Source of the DNA: an uncultured Chloroflexia bacterium
GTDB taxonomy: Bacteria; Chloroflexota; Limnocylindria; Limnocylindrales; CSP1-4
Length of the DNA stretch: 64,000 nucleotides
Assembly (NCBI GenBank): GCA_963736545.1
Contig: CAVTPA010000001.1
Coordinates: 833,660-897,659 of the forward strand
Direction of reading: 5' to 3'
Below are positions 19,073 to 27,165 of this stretch, one piece after another. The notes beneath the pieces are model-generated. The model did no database searches, was not told the origin of the DNA, and saw nothing but the letters and a program-made list of their open reading frames with translations. Both the position numbers and the translations under genes were made by a program. Position 1 is the stretch's first letter, and every line of letters starts with the position of its first letter.

Positions 19073-20416
19073 ATGGCCGCTGCCGGTTCCGAGCTCCCGA
19101 CCTACGCCGGCCGGATCCGGGCGCCCGGCACCGACGCCCGCGCCGGCAGCATCGCCCTCGACGAGGGGGTTGCGATCCTGGCGCAGGACGGCGCCCCGCC
19201 GCGGACGCTCGCCTACCGGGACATGGCGGTGCTCGCGATCGCCGACGGCGTCGGCCTCGTCGCGACCGGCAGCGAGCCCGACGACGAGCGCTGGCTCCTC
19301 GAGAAGATGGGGGCGGCCGCCGGCCCGGTGATCGCGGCCCTCCGCGACCGCCGTCTCCGCCAGCGCCTCGCCGACGCGTTCGTCGAGCTGTCGCCGGCCG
19401 AGCCCGTGGAGCTCGTCGAGTACGCGGCGGACGGGGCGCCCGCCGGCGGCGAGGAGCGCGGGATCGCCCAGCTCGCCGTCGACGGCTGGGGCGCGACCGT
19501 CGCGCCGCTCGACGAGCGGCTTCCCGTGCGGCGGATGCGGCGCGCCGAGATCCGGACGGTGGACCTCGAGGCCCAGGTGGGCGGCGTCCGGATCGCCACG
19601 CCCGGCGGCGACGTTCGCCTGCTGCGCCTCGGAGCGGCGGCGGCGCGCCACCGGGCGCGGCTGCTGGACCTTCCGGCCGCCGCGCACCGCGACGCGGGGG
19701 CGATCGTCGCCTCCCTGGCGCCCGACCTCGCGCCGGCGGCCGCTGCGCGGGCGGCGGCGGCGCTCGTCGACGGCCGGCCGGCAACTCCGGCCGACCTCGG
19801 GGACGCGTGGGACACGCTCGAGCGCGCGGTCCTCCGCGAGCCCGGGTTCGCGGCCTCGTACCTCGCGCTCCGCGAACGGGCCGGCGGGGTCGCGGCCCTC
19901 CGCTGGCTCGCGCTGGCGCCCGAGCGGCCGGGCTCCCCGGAGAGCCTCCGGGCATGGTTCCTCGTGGCCCTCCCCGGCAACCTCGTCGCGCTCGAGCTCG
20001 TGAGCGCGGGCGCCCACGCGACGTACTGCTTCCGGACCGTGCCGCGAGCAGACCTCGCCGGTCGCGGGGATCCTGCCGCAGTCGACGGCTCGGCGGCCGG
20101 GGCAGCGGTGGCGCGGATCTCCGCCGCCCTCGTCGACGCGCGCTTCCTCCGCGAGCCGATCGCCCTTCCCGAGGATCAGCTGGCGACACCCGAGGGCACG
20201 CGCTACCGCCTCGCGCTGCGGGCCATCCCGTCGCTGGCCGCCGCTCGAAGCGACTTCGTGGCCCGCCTCGTCCATCGCACCGAGGAGAGCTGGGCGGCGG
20301 CGCTCGACGACCTCGTCGTCTGGCACGGGTCGTGCCGCGACGATGCCGCGGCCTGGCCGGGCCGGTCGGCCCAGGAGGCCGAGGTTGCCGACGCGGGCGG
20401 GGCCGGCACCGGATGA
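19073..20416 (+). CDS. Hypothetical protein (447 aa), no family recognised
   Basis: The ATG lies 13 nt after the upstream stop. The sequence is non-shadow-like over its full length (LAYRDMAVLAIADGVGLVATG, AEIRTVDLEAQVGGVRIATPGG, LVALELVSAGAHATYCF). Confidence 0.65.
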   Translation: MAAAGSELPTYAGRIRAPGTDARAGSIALDEGVAILAQDGAPPRTLAYRDMAVLAIADGVGLVATGSEPDDERWLLEKMGAAAGPVIAALRDRRLRQRLADAFVELSPAEPVELVEYAADGAPAGGEERGIAQLAVDGWGATVAPLDERLPVRRMRRAEIRTVDLEAQVGGVRIATPGGDVRLLRLGAAAARHRARLLDLPAAAHRDAGAIVASLAPDLAPAAAARAAAALVDGRPATPADLGDAWDTLERAVLREPGFAASYLALRERAGGVAALRWLALAPERPGSPESLRAWFLVALPGNLVALELVSAGAHATYCFRTVPRADLAGRGDPAAVDGSAAGAAVARISAALVDARFLREPIALPEDQLATPEGTRYRLALRAIPSLAAARSDFVARLVHRTEESWAAALDDLVVWHGSCRDDAAAWPGRSAQEAEVADAGGAGTG

Positions 20417-20461
20417 CCTGCCGTCCCGACCGCCCGACCCGCGCGACCTGAGGAGTCCCCG

Positions 20462-20863
20462 ATGCCGACCTTCAAGCACCCCTGCCCGTCGTGCGGCAAG
20501 TACATCGCCCGCGACGTCGCGCGCTGCCCGTTCTGCGGCGCGATCGACCCGTTCGTGCCCGGCCGCTGCAAGGCGTGCCGCGCGCCGATCGAGGACCTCG
20601 CCTGGGTCGCCTGCCCGTCGTGCGGGGCGCCGCTCAAGGAAGGCGTTGCGCCGATGCCGACCGCGGCCCCGCCGCCCCGTCACTGCCGCTCCCGCGCCGC
20701 CGCCGCTGCCCTGCCCCCCGTGACGGCTCCTGCGCCCGTCGCTCCGGCGCCCGTGCCGGCTACCGCGCCCTCGGTCGCATCCGCGCCGCCCTGCGCCGCG
20801 TGCGGCGCGGCCCTCGCGCCCGGGGCTCGGTTCTGCACGGTCTGCGGCACGCTGGCCGGCTGA
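20462..20863 (+). CDS. Zinc-ribbon protein with six CxxC pairs (133 aa)
   Basis: SD GAGGAG is upstream. CPSC, CPFC, CKAC and CPSC are followed by a Pro/Ala linker, then CAAC and CTVC. Confidence 0.75.
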   Translation: MPTFKHPCPSCGKYIARDVARCPFCGAIDPFVPGRCKACRAPIEDLAWVACPSCGAPLKEGVAPMPTAAPPPRHCRSRAAAAALPPVTAPAPVAPAPVPATAPSVASAPPCAACGAALAPGARFCTVCGTLAG

Positions 20864-20942
20864 GCACCTTCGCCCCGTCCCGGCGAGACTCGCCCCCCGT
20901 CCGCTGGGGCCTCGGACGCTCTCGTGATCACCAGGTGTTGGA

Positions 20943-20964
20943 CACTTGCGTTGTTGCGCAAGTG
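20943..20964. promoter_or_regulatory. Candidate ArsR/SmtB operator (8-6-8 perfect inverted repeat)
   Basis: CACTTGCG-ttgttg-CGCAAGTG lies immediately upstream of a GATACT -10-like hexamer (20969-20974) and the arsR-like GTG (20982). The stretch is locally lower in GC. Confidence 0.5.
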
Positions 20965-20981
20965 ATGAGATACTCCGCGTC

Positions 20982-21278
20982 GTGGAGACCACAGCAGCAC
21001 CCAACGACCTCGACCGACAGCGGGCCGCCCTCATCGGGCGGGCGCTCGCCGACCCCAAGCGGCTCTGCGTCCTCGAGACGCTCGCCGAGGGCGAGGCGTC
21101 CGTCTCTGAGCTGTCGGCGTGCGTGGGGTGCCAGGTCCCGAACATGTCGCAGCACCTCGCCGTCCTGCGATCGGCCGGGCTCGTCACGACCCGGCGCGAG
21201 GGCAGCACCGTCTTCTACCGCCTCGCCGACCCGAAGGTCCTCGAGGCCTACCGCCTCATCCAGGTCCTCGCCCGCTAG
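20982..21278 (+). CDS. ArsR/SmtB-family transcriptional regulator
   Basis: wHTH segment ELSACVGCQVPNMSQHLAVLRSAGLV. The track ORF starts at TTG 20946 inside the palindrome. GTG 20982 is preferred. Confidence 0.8.
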   Translation: METTAAPNDLDRQRAALIGRALADPKRLCVLETLAEGEASVSELSACVGCQVPNMSQHLAVLRSAGLVTTRREGSTVFYRLADPKVLEAYRLIQVLAR

Positions 21279-21325
21279 GGCGACCCACGCACCCCCCGAC
21301 ACGGGAGAAAGGAACCGCGCCACCA

Positions 21326-21670
21326 ATGGCCGAGATCAAGCACGCGACGGACGCCACCTTCGAGGAAGTCGTCCTCCACGCCGAGCGCCCCGTCATCGTC
21401 GACTTCTGGGCGGCCTGGTGCGGACCCTGCCGGCTCGTCGCTCCGGAGCTCGAGAAGCTCGCCGAGAAGTACGACGGCGTCGTCGACGTCGTGAAGGTCG
21501 ACGTGGACGCCAACCCGGGCCTCTCCCGCGCGTTCAACATCATGAGCATCCCCACGATCGCCTTCTTCCCCGGCGGCGAGAAGCAGCCGATGGGCGTCAT
21601 GGGCTTCCAGCCCGCCGACCAGCTCGAGGCACGCTTCGGCCTCGCCGAGTACGCCAAGCCCGTCAGCTGA
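21326..21670 (+). CDS. trxA: Thioredoxin
   Basis: 114 aa with the WAAWCGPCR active site. SD GGAGAAAGG is upstream. Confidence 0.93.
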   Translation: MAEIKHATDATFEEVVLHAERPVIVDFWAAWCGPCRLVAPELEKLAEKYDGVVDVVKVDVDANPGLSRAFNIMSIPTIAFFPGGEKQPMGVMGFQPADQLEARFGLAEYAKPVS

Positions 21671-21773
21671 CCGGCGGGGCGGCCGGCTCCCGTCGCCGCG
21701 CCGCCACTCGCTGCTTCCACCGCCCCGCCGGGTTTGCCCGCGGGGCGGTGCCGATTCCGGCGACAATGCCCCC

Positions 21774-22814
21774 GTGACCGAACCCGAGGCCTGGCAGCCG
21801 ATCCTGCGGAAGAACGCCGCCGCATACGCGGAGATCGCGCTCGTCAACATCGAGCGCGAGTTCCCGGCAGACGCCTGGCACACGTGGCGCACGCCGGCCG
21901 ACGCTCCGCCGCGACCGCGCGAGCGGACCCCCGTCTTCTGGGGAAGCTACGACTGGCACTCCTCGGTCGAGATGTTCTGGCTCCTCGTGAGGCTCGCCCG
22001 GCTCGTCCCCGGCGACGTTCGCGTCCCGGCCATCCGTGACGCGCTCGACCGGCGACTCACGGCGGAGGCGCTCGCGGGGGAGGCCGCGTTCATCGCCCAT
22101 CCCGACAACCGCAACCGCGAGCGCCCGTACGGCTGGGGCTGGGCGCTCGCGCTCCTCGACGAGCTGGCGCGCTGGGACGACGCCGACGCGCGGCGGTGGG
22201 CCGGCCACGCGGAGCCGCTGCGCGACGCCCTGGTCGCCAACTTCCTGGACTGGCTTCCGAGGGCCACGTACCCGGTCCGGCACGGCGTGCACGCCAACAG
22301 CGCCTTCGGACTGGGCCTCGCGTTGCCCCACGCGGAGATGCTCGCCGCCGCCGGGGACCGGCGCCTGCTCGACGCCGTCGTCGGCGCCGTCGACCGCTGG
22401 TTCGCCGCCGACGCGGACGCGCCGGCCGCCTGGGAGCCGTCCGGGTTCGACTTCCTCTCCCCCACGCTCGTCGAAGCCGAGCTGATGAGCCGAACGCACG
22501 GCGGGTCGGATTTCGGGGCGTGGCTCGCACGGTTCCTGCCGGGCCTCGCAGCCGGTCGCCCAACGACGATCTTCACGCCGGCGATCGTCTCGGATTCGAC
22601 CGACGGCCACATCGCCCACCTCCACGGCCTGAATCTGAGCCGGGCCTGGGCGTGGCGACGGATCGCCGAGTCGCTCCCCCCCGACGACCCGCGCGCCGCC
22701 GTCGCGGCCGGCGCGGCGAGCCTCCACGCCGCGGCGGGTCTCCCGCACGTCGTGGGCGGGGACTACATGGTCGAGCACTGGCTCGCCGCGTACGCCGTGC
22801 TCCTCCTGGCATGA
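21774..22814 (+). CDS. DUF2891-like protein
   Basis: 346-aa ORF. GSYDWHSSVEMFW and HLHGLNLSRAW resemble my recollection of DUF2891. Confidence 0.55.
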   Translation: MTEPEAWQPILRKNAAAYAEIALVNIEREFPADAWHTWRTPADAPPRPRERTPVFWGSYDWHSSVEMFWLLVRLARLVPGDVRVPAIRDALDRRLTAEALAGEAAFIAHPDNRNRERPYGWGWALALLDELARWDDADARRWAGHAEPLRDALVANFLDWLPRATYPVRHGVHANSAFGLGLALPHAEMLAAAGDRRLLDAVVGAVDRWFAADADAPAAWEPSGFDFLSPTLVEAELMSRTHGGSDFGAWLARFLPGLAAGRPTTIFTPAIVSDSTDGHIAHLHGLNLSRAWAWRRIAESLPPDDPRAAVAAGAASLHAAAGLPHVVGGDYMVEHWLAAYAVLLLA

Positions 22815-22845
22815 CGCGGCACGGGCCGCGAGCCCAGGCCCGGCG

Positions 22846-23172
22846 TCAGCCGAGCTCGGCGCCTTCGGCGGCGAGGCGAACCGCGCTGTCGAGCCAGGCG
22901 ATCGCCCGGTCGCGGGCGAAGTCGTCGAGATCGGTCGGCGCGTAGCGGACCCATCCGCGGCCCCGCGCTGACGCCGTCGCGTCCGCGGTCCGGAGGGCGG
23001 CGTCGGCCACGGCCGCCCGCAGCCGCACCTCGACCGCGTCCGGCTCCACGACCGCGGCCAGGCTCCCCGCGACCTCGACCCGGTAGCCGTCGCCGTCGAC
23101 GATGAACTCGGCGACGTCGTCGAGGGCGTCGGCGTGGTCGAGGACGAACGCCCGGAGCGACCCTCCCGTCAC
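22846..23172 (-). CDS. Hypothetical protein (108 aa)
   Basis: The GTG start overlaps the upstream stop (GTGA at 23169-23172). Sequence: VTGGSLRAFVLDHADALDDV...GRGWVRYAPTDLDDFARDRAIAWL. Confidence 0.5.
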   Translation of the reverse strand: MTGGSLRAFVLDHADALDDVAEFIVDGDGYRVEVAGSLAAVVEPDAVEVRLRAAVADAALRTADATASARGRGWVRYAPTDLDDFARDRAIAWLDSAVRLAAEGAELG

Positions 23173-23645
23173 TGCAGCGCCGCCAGGATCGCCGCCAGGT
23201 CGGCCTCGTGGTCGGCGTAGTGGTCGAGGAGCTCCTCCTCGAAGTGCCGTCCGTGGACCGGGTGCTTGACCCAGCGCGTCTCGGGGACGACCGTGAGGTA
23301 GCCGCGCAGCTCGCCGGGGATCTCGCGGGCACGCCGCAGCACTTCGTCGGCGGGGAGAGCCCGCCACTCGGCCGCAAGGTCGTCGTTCACGGCGTCGCCG
23401 CGCGCCTCCCAGGCCGCGTTCATCGCCTCCAGCGACGGGCTGCGCTCGCCGACGGCAAGCTCCCGGGCGACGTCGAGGCAATGCGCCTGGTACGCGGCGA
23501 GGTGGCTCAACAGGTCCCGGGGCGACCAGCCGTGCGCCGCCGCGACGGGCTCGTCGAACCGCGCCGCGGGCACGTCGAGGAGGGCCTCGAACGGTCGCCA
23601 GGCGTCGCGCTCGTCCTCGAGGAAGGAGAGGGCATCGAAGTACAT
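23169..23645 (-). CDS. DinB/MDMPI-like helical-bundle protein
   Basis: 158 aa: MYFDALSFLEDERDAWRPF...WSPRDLLSHLAAYQAH...LDHYADHEADL. This is the tail of ORF 23169..25358. Confidence 0.6.
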   Translation of the reverse strand: MYFDALSFLEDERDAWRPFEALLDVPAARFDEPVAAAHGWSPRDLLSHLAAYQAHCLDVARELAVGERSPSLEAMNAAWEARGDAVNDDLAAEWRALPADEVLRRAREIPGELRGYLTVVPETRWVKHPVHGRHFEEELLDHYADHEADLAAILAALQ

Positions 23646-23651
23646 GGCGCG

Positions 23652-23657
23652 ATGGTA
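23652..23657 (-). promoter_or_regulatory. -10-like TACCAT, 6 nt upstream of the DinB-like ATG (leaderless candidate)
   Basis: Minus strand reads GGTCTACCATCGCGCC-ATG. Confidence 0.35.
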
Positions 23658-23723
23658 GACCGTTGCGGTTCGGCGTCGCGATGCCCCGCAGGCAATCCCG
23701 GCTCCCGGGCCGGCGCGAACGAG

Positions 23724-23732
23724 TGCTACAGT
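23724..23732 (+). promoter_or_regulatory. Extended -10 TGCTACAGT, 7 nt upstream of ATG 23740 (leaderless candidate)
   Basis: AGTGCTACAGTCCGCCCA-ATG. There is no SD. Confidence 0.4.
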
Positions 23733-23739
23733 CCGCCCA

Positions 23740-24479
23740 ATGACCGATCGCCTGCCCTTCCTGCCGCCCGTCGACCCCGCCCGCGGGGCCGATGCCCCGC
23801 CGCCCACGACCGTCACGCCGGAGATGCTGGCAAGCCTGCTCGCCGACGGCGACGACGAGCTGGCGGCGTGGACGTTGCGGGGGCTCTCGCCGAGCGCCGC
23901 CGCGCCGAGGTCTTCGACGGGCTTCTCCGCGACGCGATGAAGCTGATCGGCGACCGCTGGGCCGAGGGACGCTGGACGGTCGCCGAGGAGCACCTCGCCA
24001 GCCAGACGGTCGTCCGGGCCCTCGATCGCATCCGCCAGGAGGCGGGCCCTGCCGGGCGCGTCGGCCCGCTCGCCGTCCTGGCCGGCGTCGCCGGGGAGCA
24101 CCACGGCATCGGACTCGCCTGCCTCGACCAGGTGCTGCGCGACGAAGGCTGGACGGTCGCCAATCTCGGACCGGACGTCCCCAGCGCGGACCTCGCGAGG
24201 TTCCTCGCCCGCAACCGCGCCGAGATGGTGGCACTGACCGCGTCGCTCCCGGAGCGGCTCGACACGCTCCGCGAGGCGATCGCCGCGGCCCGGGCGGTGC
24301 GGCCCGAGGATCCGATCCCGGTGATCCTCGGCGGCGGGATCGCGGCGAACGCGGAGATCGCGGCGATCCTCGACGTGGACTGGGCCGGGACCTCGCTCGT
24401 GGCGGCTTCGGCCTACGCCGCCGCGGCCCTCCAGCGGCTCGGGGATCGGCCGGCGGCGGAGGTTCCCGAGCTCCCCTGA
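23740..24479 (+). CDS. Stand-alone cobalamin-binding module (B12-binding_2 helical bundle plus Rossmann B12 domain); frame break in a G5 run at 23879-23883
   Basis: The N-terminus lies in ORF 23740..23940 (…ELAAWTLRG). The rest lies in the frame of ORF 23208..24479: ALAERRRAEVFDGLLRDAMKLIGDRWAEGRWTVAEEHLASQ and LAGVAGEHHGIGL (ExHxxG). No DNA-binding domain is seen. Confidence 0.7.
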
Positions 24480-24493
24480 TGCGCCGGGCCGCG

Positions 24494-24582
24494 CCTCCGG
24501 CGCGCGGCCGGCCCTTCGCGGCACCTCCGCGGCGCGCGGCCCTCGCAGCGCCTCCGCGGCGCGCGGCCGGCCCTTCGCGGCA
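24494..24582. repeat. Three tandem GC-rich units of 27-31 nt
   Basis: CCTCCGGCGCGCGGCCGGCCCTTCGCGGCA / CCTCCGCGGCGCGCGGCCCTCGCAGCG / CCTCCGCGGCGCGCGGCCGGCCCTTCGCGGCA. They sit between two convergent gene ends. Confidence 0.75.
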
Positions 24583-24604
24583 CGCGCGGACAGCGTCCAG
24601 GGTG

Positions 24605-25219
24605 CTAGCGGAACGCCGCGATGGCTTCCTGGAGCTTGCTCTCGTCGACGTCCGCGGCCACCACCGTCTGCACGACCTGGTCGTCGGCCGACGACCAGAC
24701 GACGATCGCCTGGCGCGAGTTGCCGTTCACGACGTCGATCCGCCATGCCGGCCGGCCGTCGATCTCGAGCGTCGTCGGCCGGACGGCCTCGGTTCCGCGG
24801 TCCTTGGCGGCGGCGCGGCGATACTCCTCGGCCATCAGCTCCGCCGTGAGTCCGTCTCCCTCGAACGCCCCCACCTGGATGCCGCCGCGGCCTACCTGCC
24901 AGATCGCCCCGCCGAACCGAACCTCGTCGACGCCGGCCTCGAAGACCGAGCCGAGCGTGTCGGCCGAGCAGAAGCGGCCGGAATCCCGGCTGGCAGCCTC
25001 CTCGCCGCCGAGATCCATCGGGATTCGCGCCTCCAGGGCCGGATAGGCGCCCGGCATCTGCTCGCGGACGGCCGGGTTGCACGACGCGGACGGGTCGAAC
25101 GCGGCGGTGGCCTGCGGCGCGCATGCGGCCAGGACGAGAGCCGCGGCCGCGATCGCAGCCAGGGCCGCGCGTTCGGGCATGCGCCGGGCAAGGAGTCTCC
25201 GGAGTCCTGGCGTTCGCAT
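24605..25219 (-). CDS. Lipoprotein of unknown function
   Basis: MRTPGLRRLLARRMPERAALAAIAAAALVLAAC-AP lipobox. A -10-like TAGGCT lies 8 nt upstream. This is the tail of ORF 24605..25621. Confidence 0.65.
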   Translation of the reverse strand: MRTPGLRRLLARRMPERAALAAIAAAALVLAACAPQATAAFDPSASCNPAVREQMPGAYPALEARIPMDLGGEEAASRDSGRFCSADTLGSVFEAGVDEVRFGGAIWQVGRGGIQVGAFEGDGLTAELMAEEYRRAAAKDRGTEAVRPTTLEIDGRPAWRIDVVNGNSRQAIVVWSSADDQVVQTVVAADVDESKLQEAIAAFR

Positions 25220-25729
25220 CGCCCCTGAGCCTACTCGCAACCGTCGGCGGCCGCCGCGCACCGCAACCGACGTGCCGCCGTGCACCGGACGAGAGTCCCG
25301 GGTCGGTGCGTCCGCGCCGCCGACCTTCCACCCCGCCGCACCCGGACGAGCCTCCCATTGCCGTTGCCGCCGAGGTGAGCGTACGGTGCCGCCATCACCG
25401 TCGTGGCGCAGCTGGGAGCAACCTGGGGCGTCGGCCACGGGCCGGGACGGGGGCCGCACGTAGATCGAGGGCGTCGGGCGCGGCGCCGGGAGGTGCGGCT
25501 CGCCGCCGTCGGTCACGAGTCGAGTAACCACGGTCCACCGGCCAGCAGGCCCGGAGCGCGACGGCGGCGATGGACTCATCGGACGGCGGAGCTCATCCCG
25601 TCGGTCCCAGACCGCGTTCACCAGCGGGGCGCCCGGCGCGGGGGCGCCCCGCGGCGCGTCCGGAGCCGGCGGGCGCCGTCCACGCGGCGCGTCCGACGCC
25701 AGGGGCCGGCCCCCGCCGTCGCGCCTCGG

Positions 25730-26452
25730 TCAGCGGGCCGTCTCCTCGCCGAGGGCACCGGCGACCACCCTGGCGGCGTCCAGCAGGTCCGGCTCGCGGG
25801 TGATCGAGCGGGCCAGCCAGCGGATGTACGACGGCTCGCGGGCCGCGATCTCCCCGAGCGTCGAACCGTGGAACTTCCCGAAGGTGATCGTCGTCGCGAG
25901 GGCGTCGTCGAGGGTCGGCAGCGGCCGCCGGCGGCTTCGGCGCGCCCGCAGGCGCTCGAGGGGGCCGGTCGGATCGGACGCGCGCGGCGGCTCCGACGCA
26001 CCAGTTCGCGGTCGCGGCGGGCGCACCCCCCGTGGATGGTGGCGGTACCCGTCGCCGCGCGGCGTCGTCGTCGCATTGCGGGGCCGCATGAGGTCGCTCG
26101 TGTCGAGACGCGCCGTCACCGGCCGCGTCGGCGCGGGCGGCGGCGGCCCGCTCGGCCGCGGCGGATCGGCCCCGGGAGTCGCGCCGGCGGGATCCGCGCC
26201 CGATGACCCGGCCCCGCCGCGCCCCGCGGTTCCCCGGCCGTCGCGACCGCCCGACCCGCCGGGACGCTTGCGCAGCTCGTTGTACGCGGCGTTGATCGCG
26301 GCCATGCGGCGGGTCGCGGCGCGGCGCTCCGCGGCATCGGCGGCCAGGTCGGGATGGTGCTGCCGCGCGAGCCGGCGCCAGGCGGCCTTGATCGTGGCCT
26401 GGGTCGCCCCCGGGGCGACGCCGAGAACCGCGTGCGGGTCAGGATGCGCCAT
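25730..26452 (-). CDS. J-domain protein with a disordered linker and a small conserved C-terminal domain
   Basis: The N-terminal J domain carries HPD ([11 protein letters not shown]). The C-terminus ([26 protein letters not shown]) resembles a DUF3820-like motif. Confidence 0.75.
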   Translation of the reverse strand: MAHPDPHAVLGVAPGATQATIKAAWRRLARQHHPDLAADAAERRAATRRMAAINAAYNELRKRPGGSGGRDGRGTAGRGGAGSSGADPAGATPGADPPRPSGPPPPAPTRPVTARLDTSDLMRPRNATTTPRGDGYRHHPRGVRPPRPRTGASEPPRASDPTGPLERLRARRSRRRPLPTLDDALATTITFGKFHGSTLGEIAAREPSYIRWLARSITREPDLLDAARVVAGALGEETAR

Positions 26453-26528
26453 CCCATCATCCTACGGGCTACGCTGCCACCGCGGGCGGCCTCGGCCCGG
26501 ACGCCCCGACGACTGCGGAGGAACGATC

Positions 26529-27080
26529 GTGCCCGAACCCACACCGCCCCAGCCTGCGCTCGGCACCTGGGAGGCGATCGACTCCCTCCGGGTCGTCCGC
26601 GACTTCGCCGACCGGCCGCTCGAGCCCTGGGCGCTCGAACGGATCCTCCACGCGGGACGGCGAGCGGGCAGCGCCAAGAACCTCCAGCGCTGGGCCTTCG
26701 TCGTCTGCCGGGACCGTGCGCGGCTCGCCGAGCTGGCGGAGCTGGGACCGTGGGCCGGCCACCTCGCGGGAGCCGCCGTCGCGATCGCCCTCGTGACCCC
26801 GAACCCGCGGGCGCCGGGGGCACCTCTCTCGATCGCCTGGGACCTCGGGCGGGCGGCCCAGAACATGGTCCTTGCCGCCTGGGAGCTCGGGGTCGGCAGC
26901 GTGCCGGCGACGATCTACGAGCACGACCGGGCGCGCGAGATCCTCGGCTACCCAGCCGACTGGCACTGCGAATACGTCCTCTCGCTCGGGTATCCGGCTG
27001 ATCCCGAGGTCCTCGCGGCACCGAAGCGGCCCGGCGGCAGGCTCCCGCTGGCCGACCTCGTCCACGAGGAGCGCTGGTAG
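26529..27080 (+). CDS. Nitroreductase-family protein
   Basis: 183 aa from GTG 26529: RVVRDFADRPLEPWALERILHAGRRAGSAKNLQRWAFVV...AAQNMVLAAWELGVGS. Confidence 0.75.
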   Translation: MPEPTPPQPALGTWEAIDSLRVVRDFADRPLEPWALERILHAGRRAGSAKNLQRWAFVVCRDRARLAELAELGPWAGHLAGAAVAIALVTPNPRAPGAPLSIAWDLGRAAQNMVLAAWELGVGSVPATIYEHDRAREILGYPADWHCEYVLSLGYPADPEVLAAPKRPGGRLPLADLVHEERW

Positions 27081-27165
27081 CCCGGCCGACGCCCCGCCGC
27101 ACCGGGATGCGCGGCGCGCCGGCGGCGCGGCGCGCCGCGCGCGCCGCGCTCAGCCCGACCGTCGG

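Noticed and set aside
27081-27165. GC-rich palindromic copies (CGGCGCGCCG twice, with related GCGCGCGCCGCGC) as a novel repeat
   Set aside because: The stretch is short and sits between convergent stops. It is consistent with an ordinary bidirectional terminator hairpin region.
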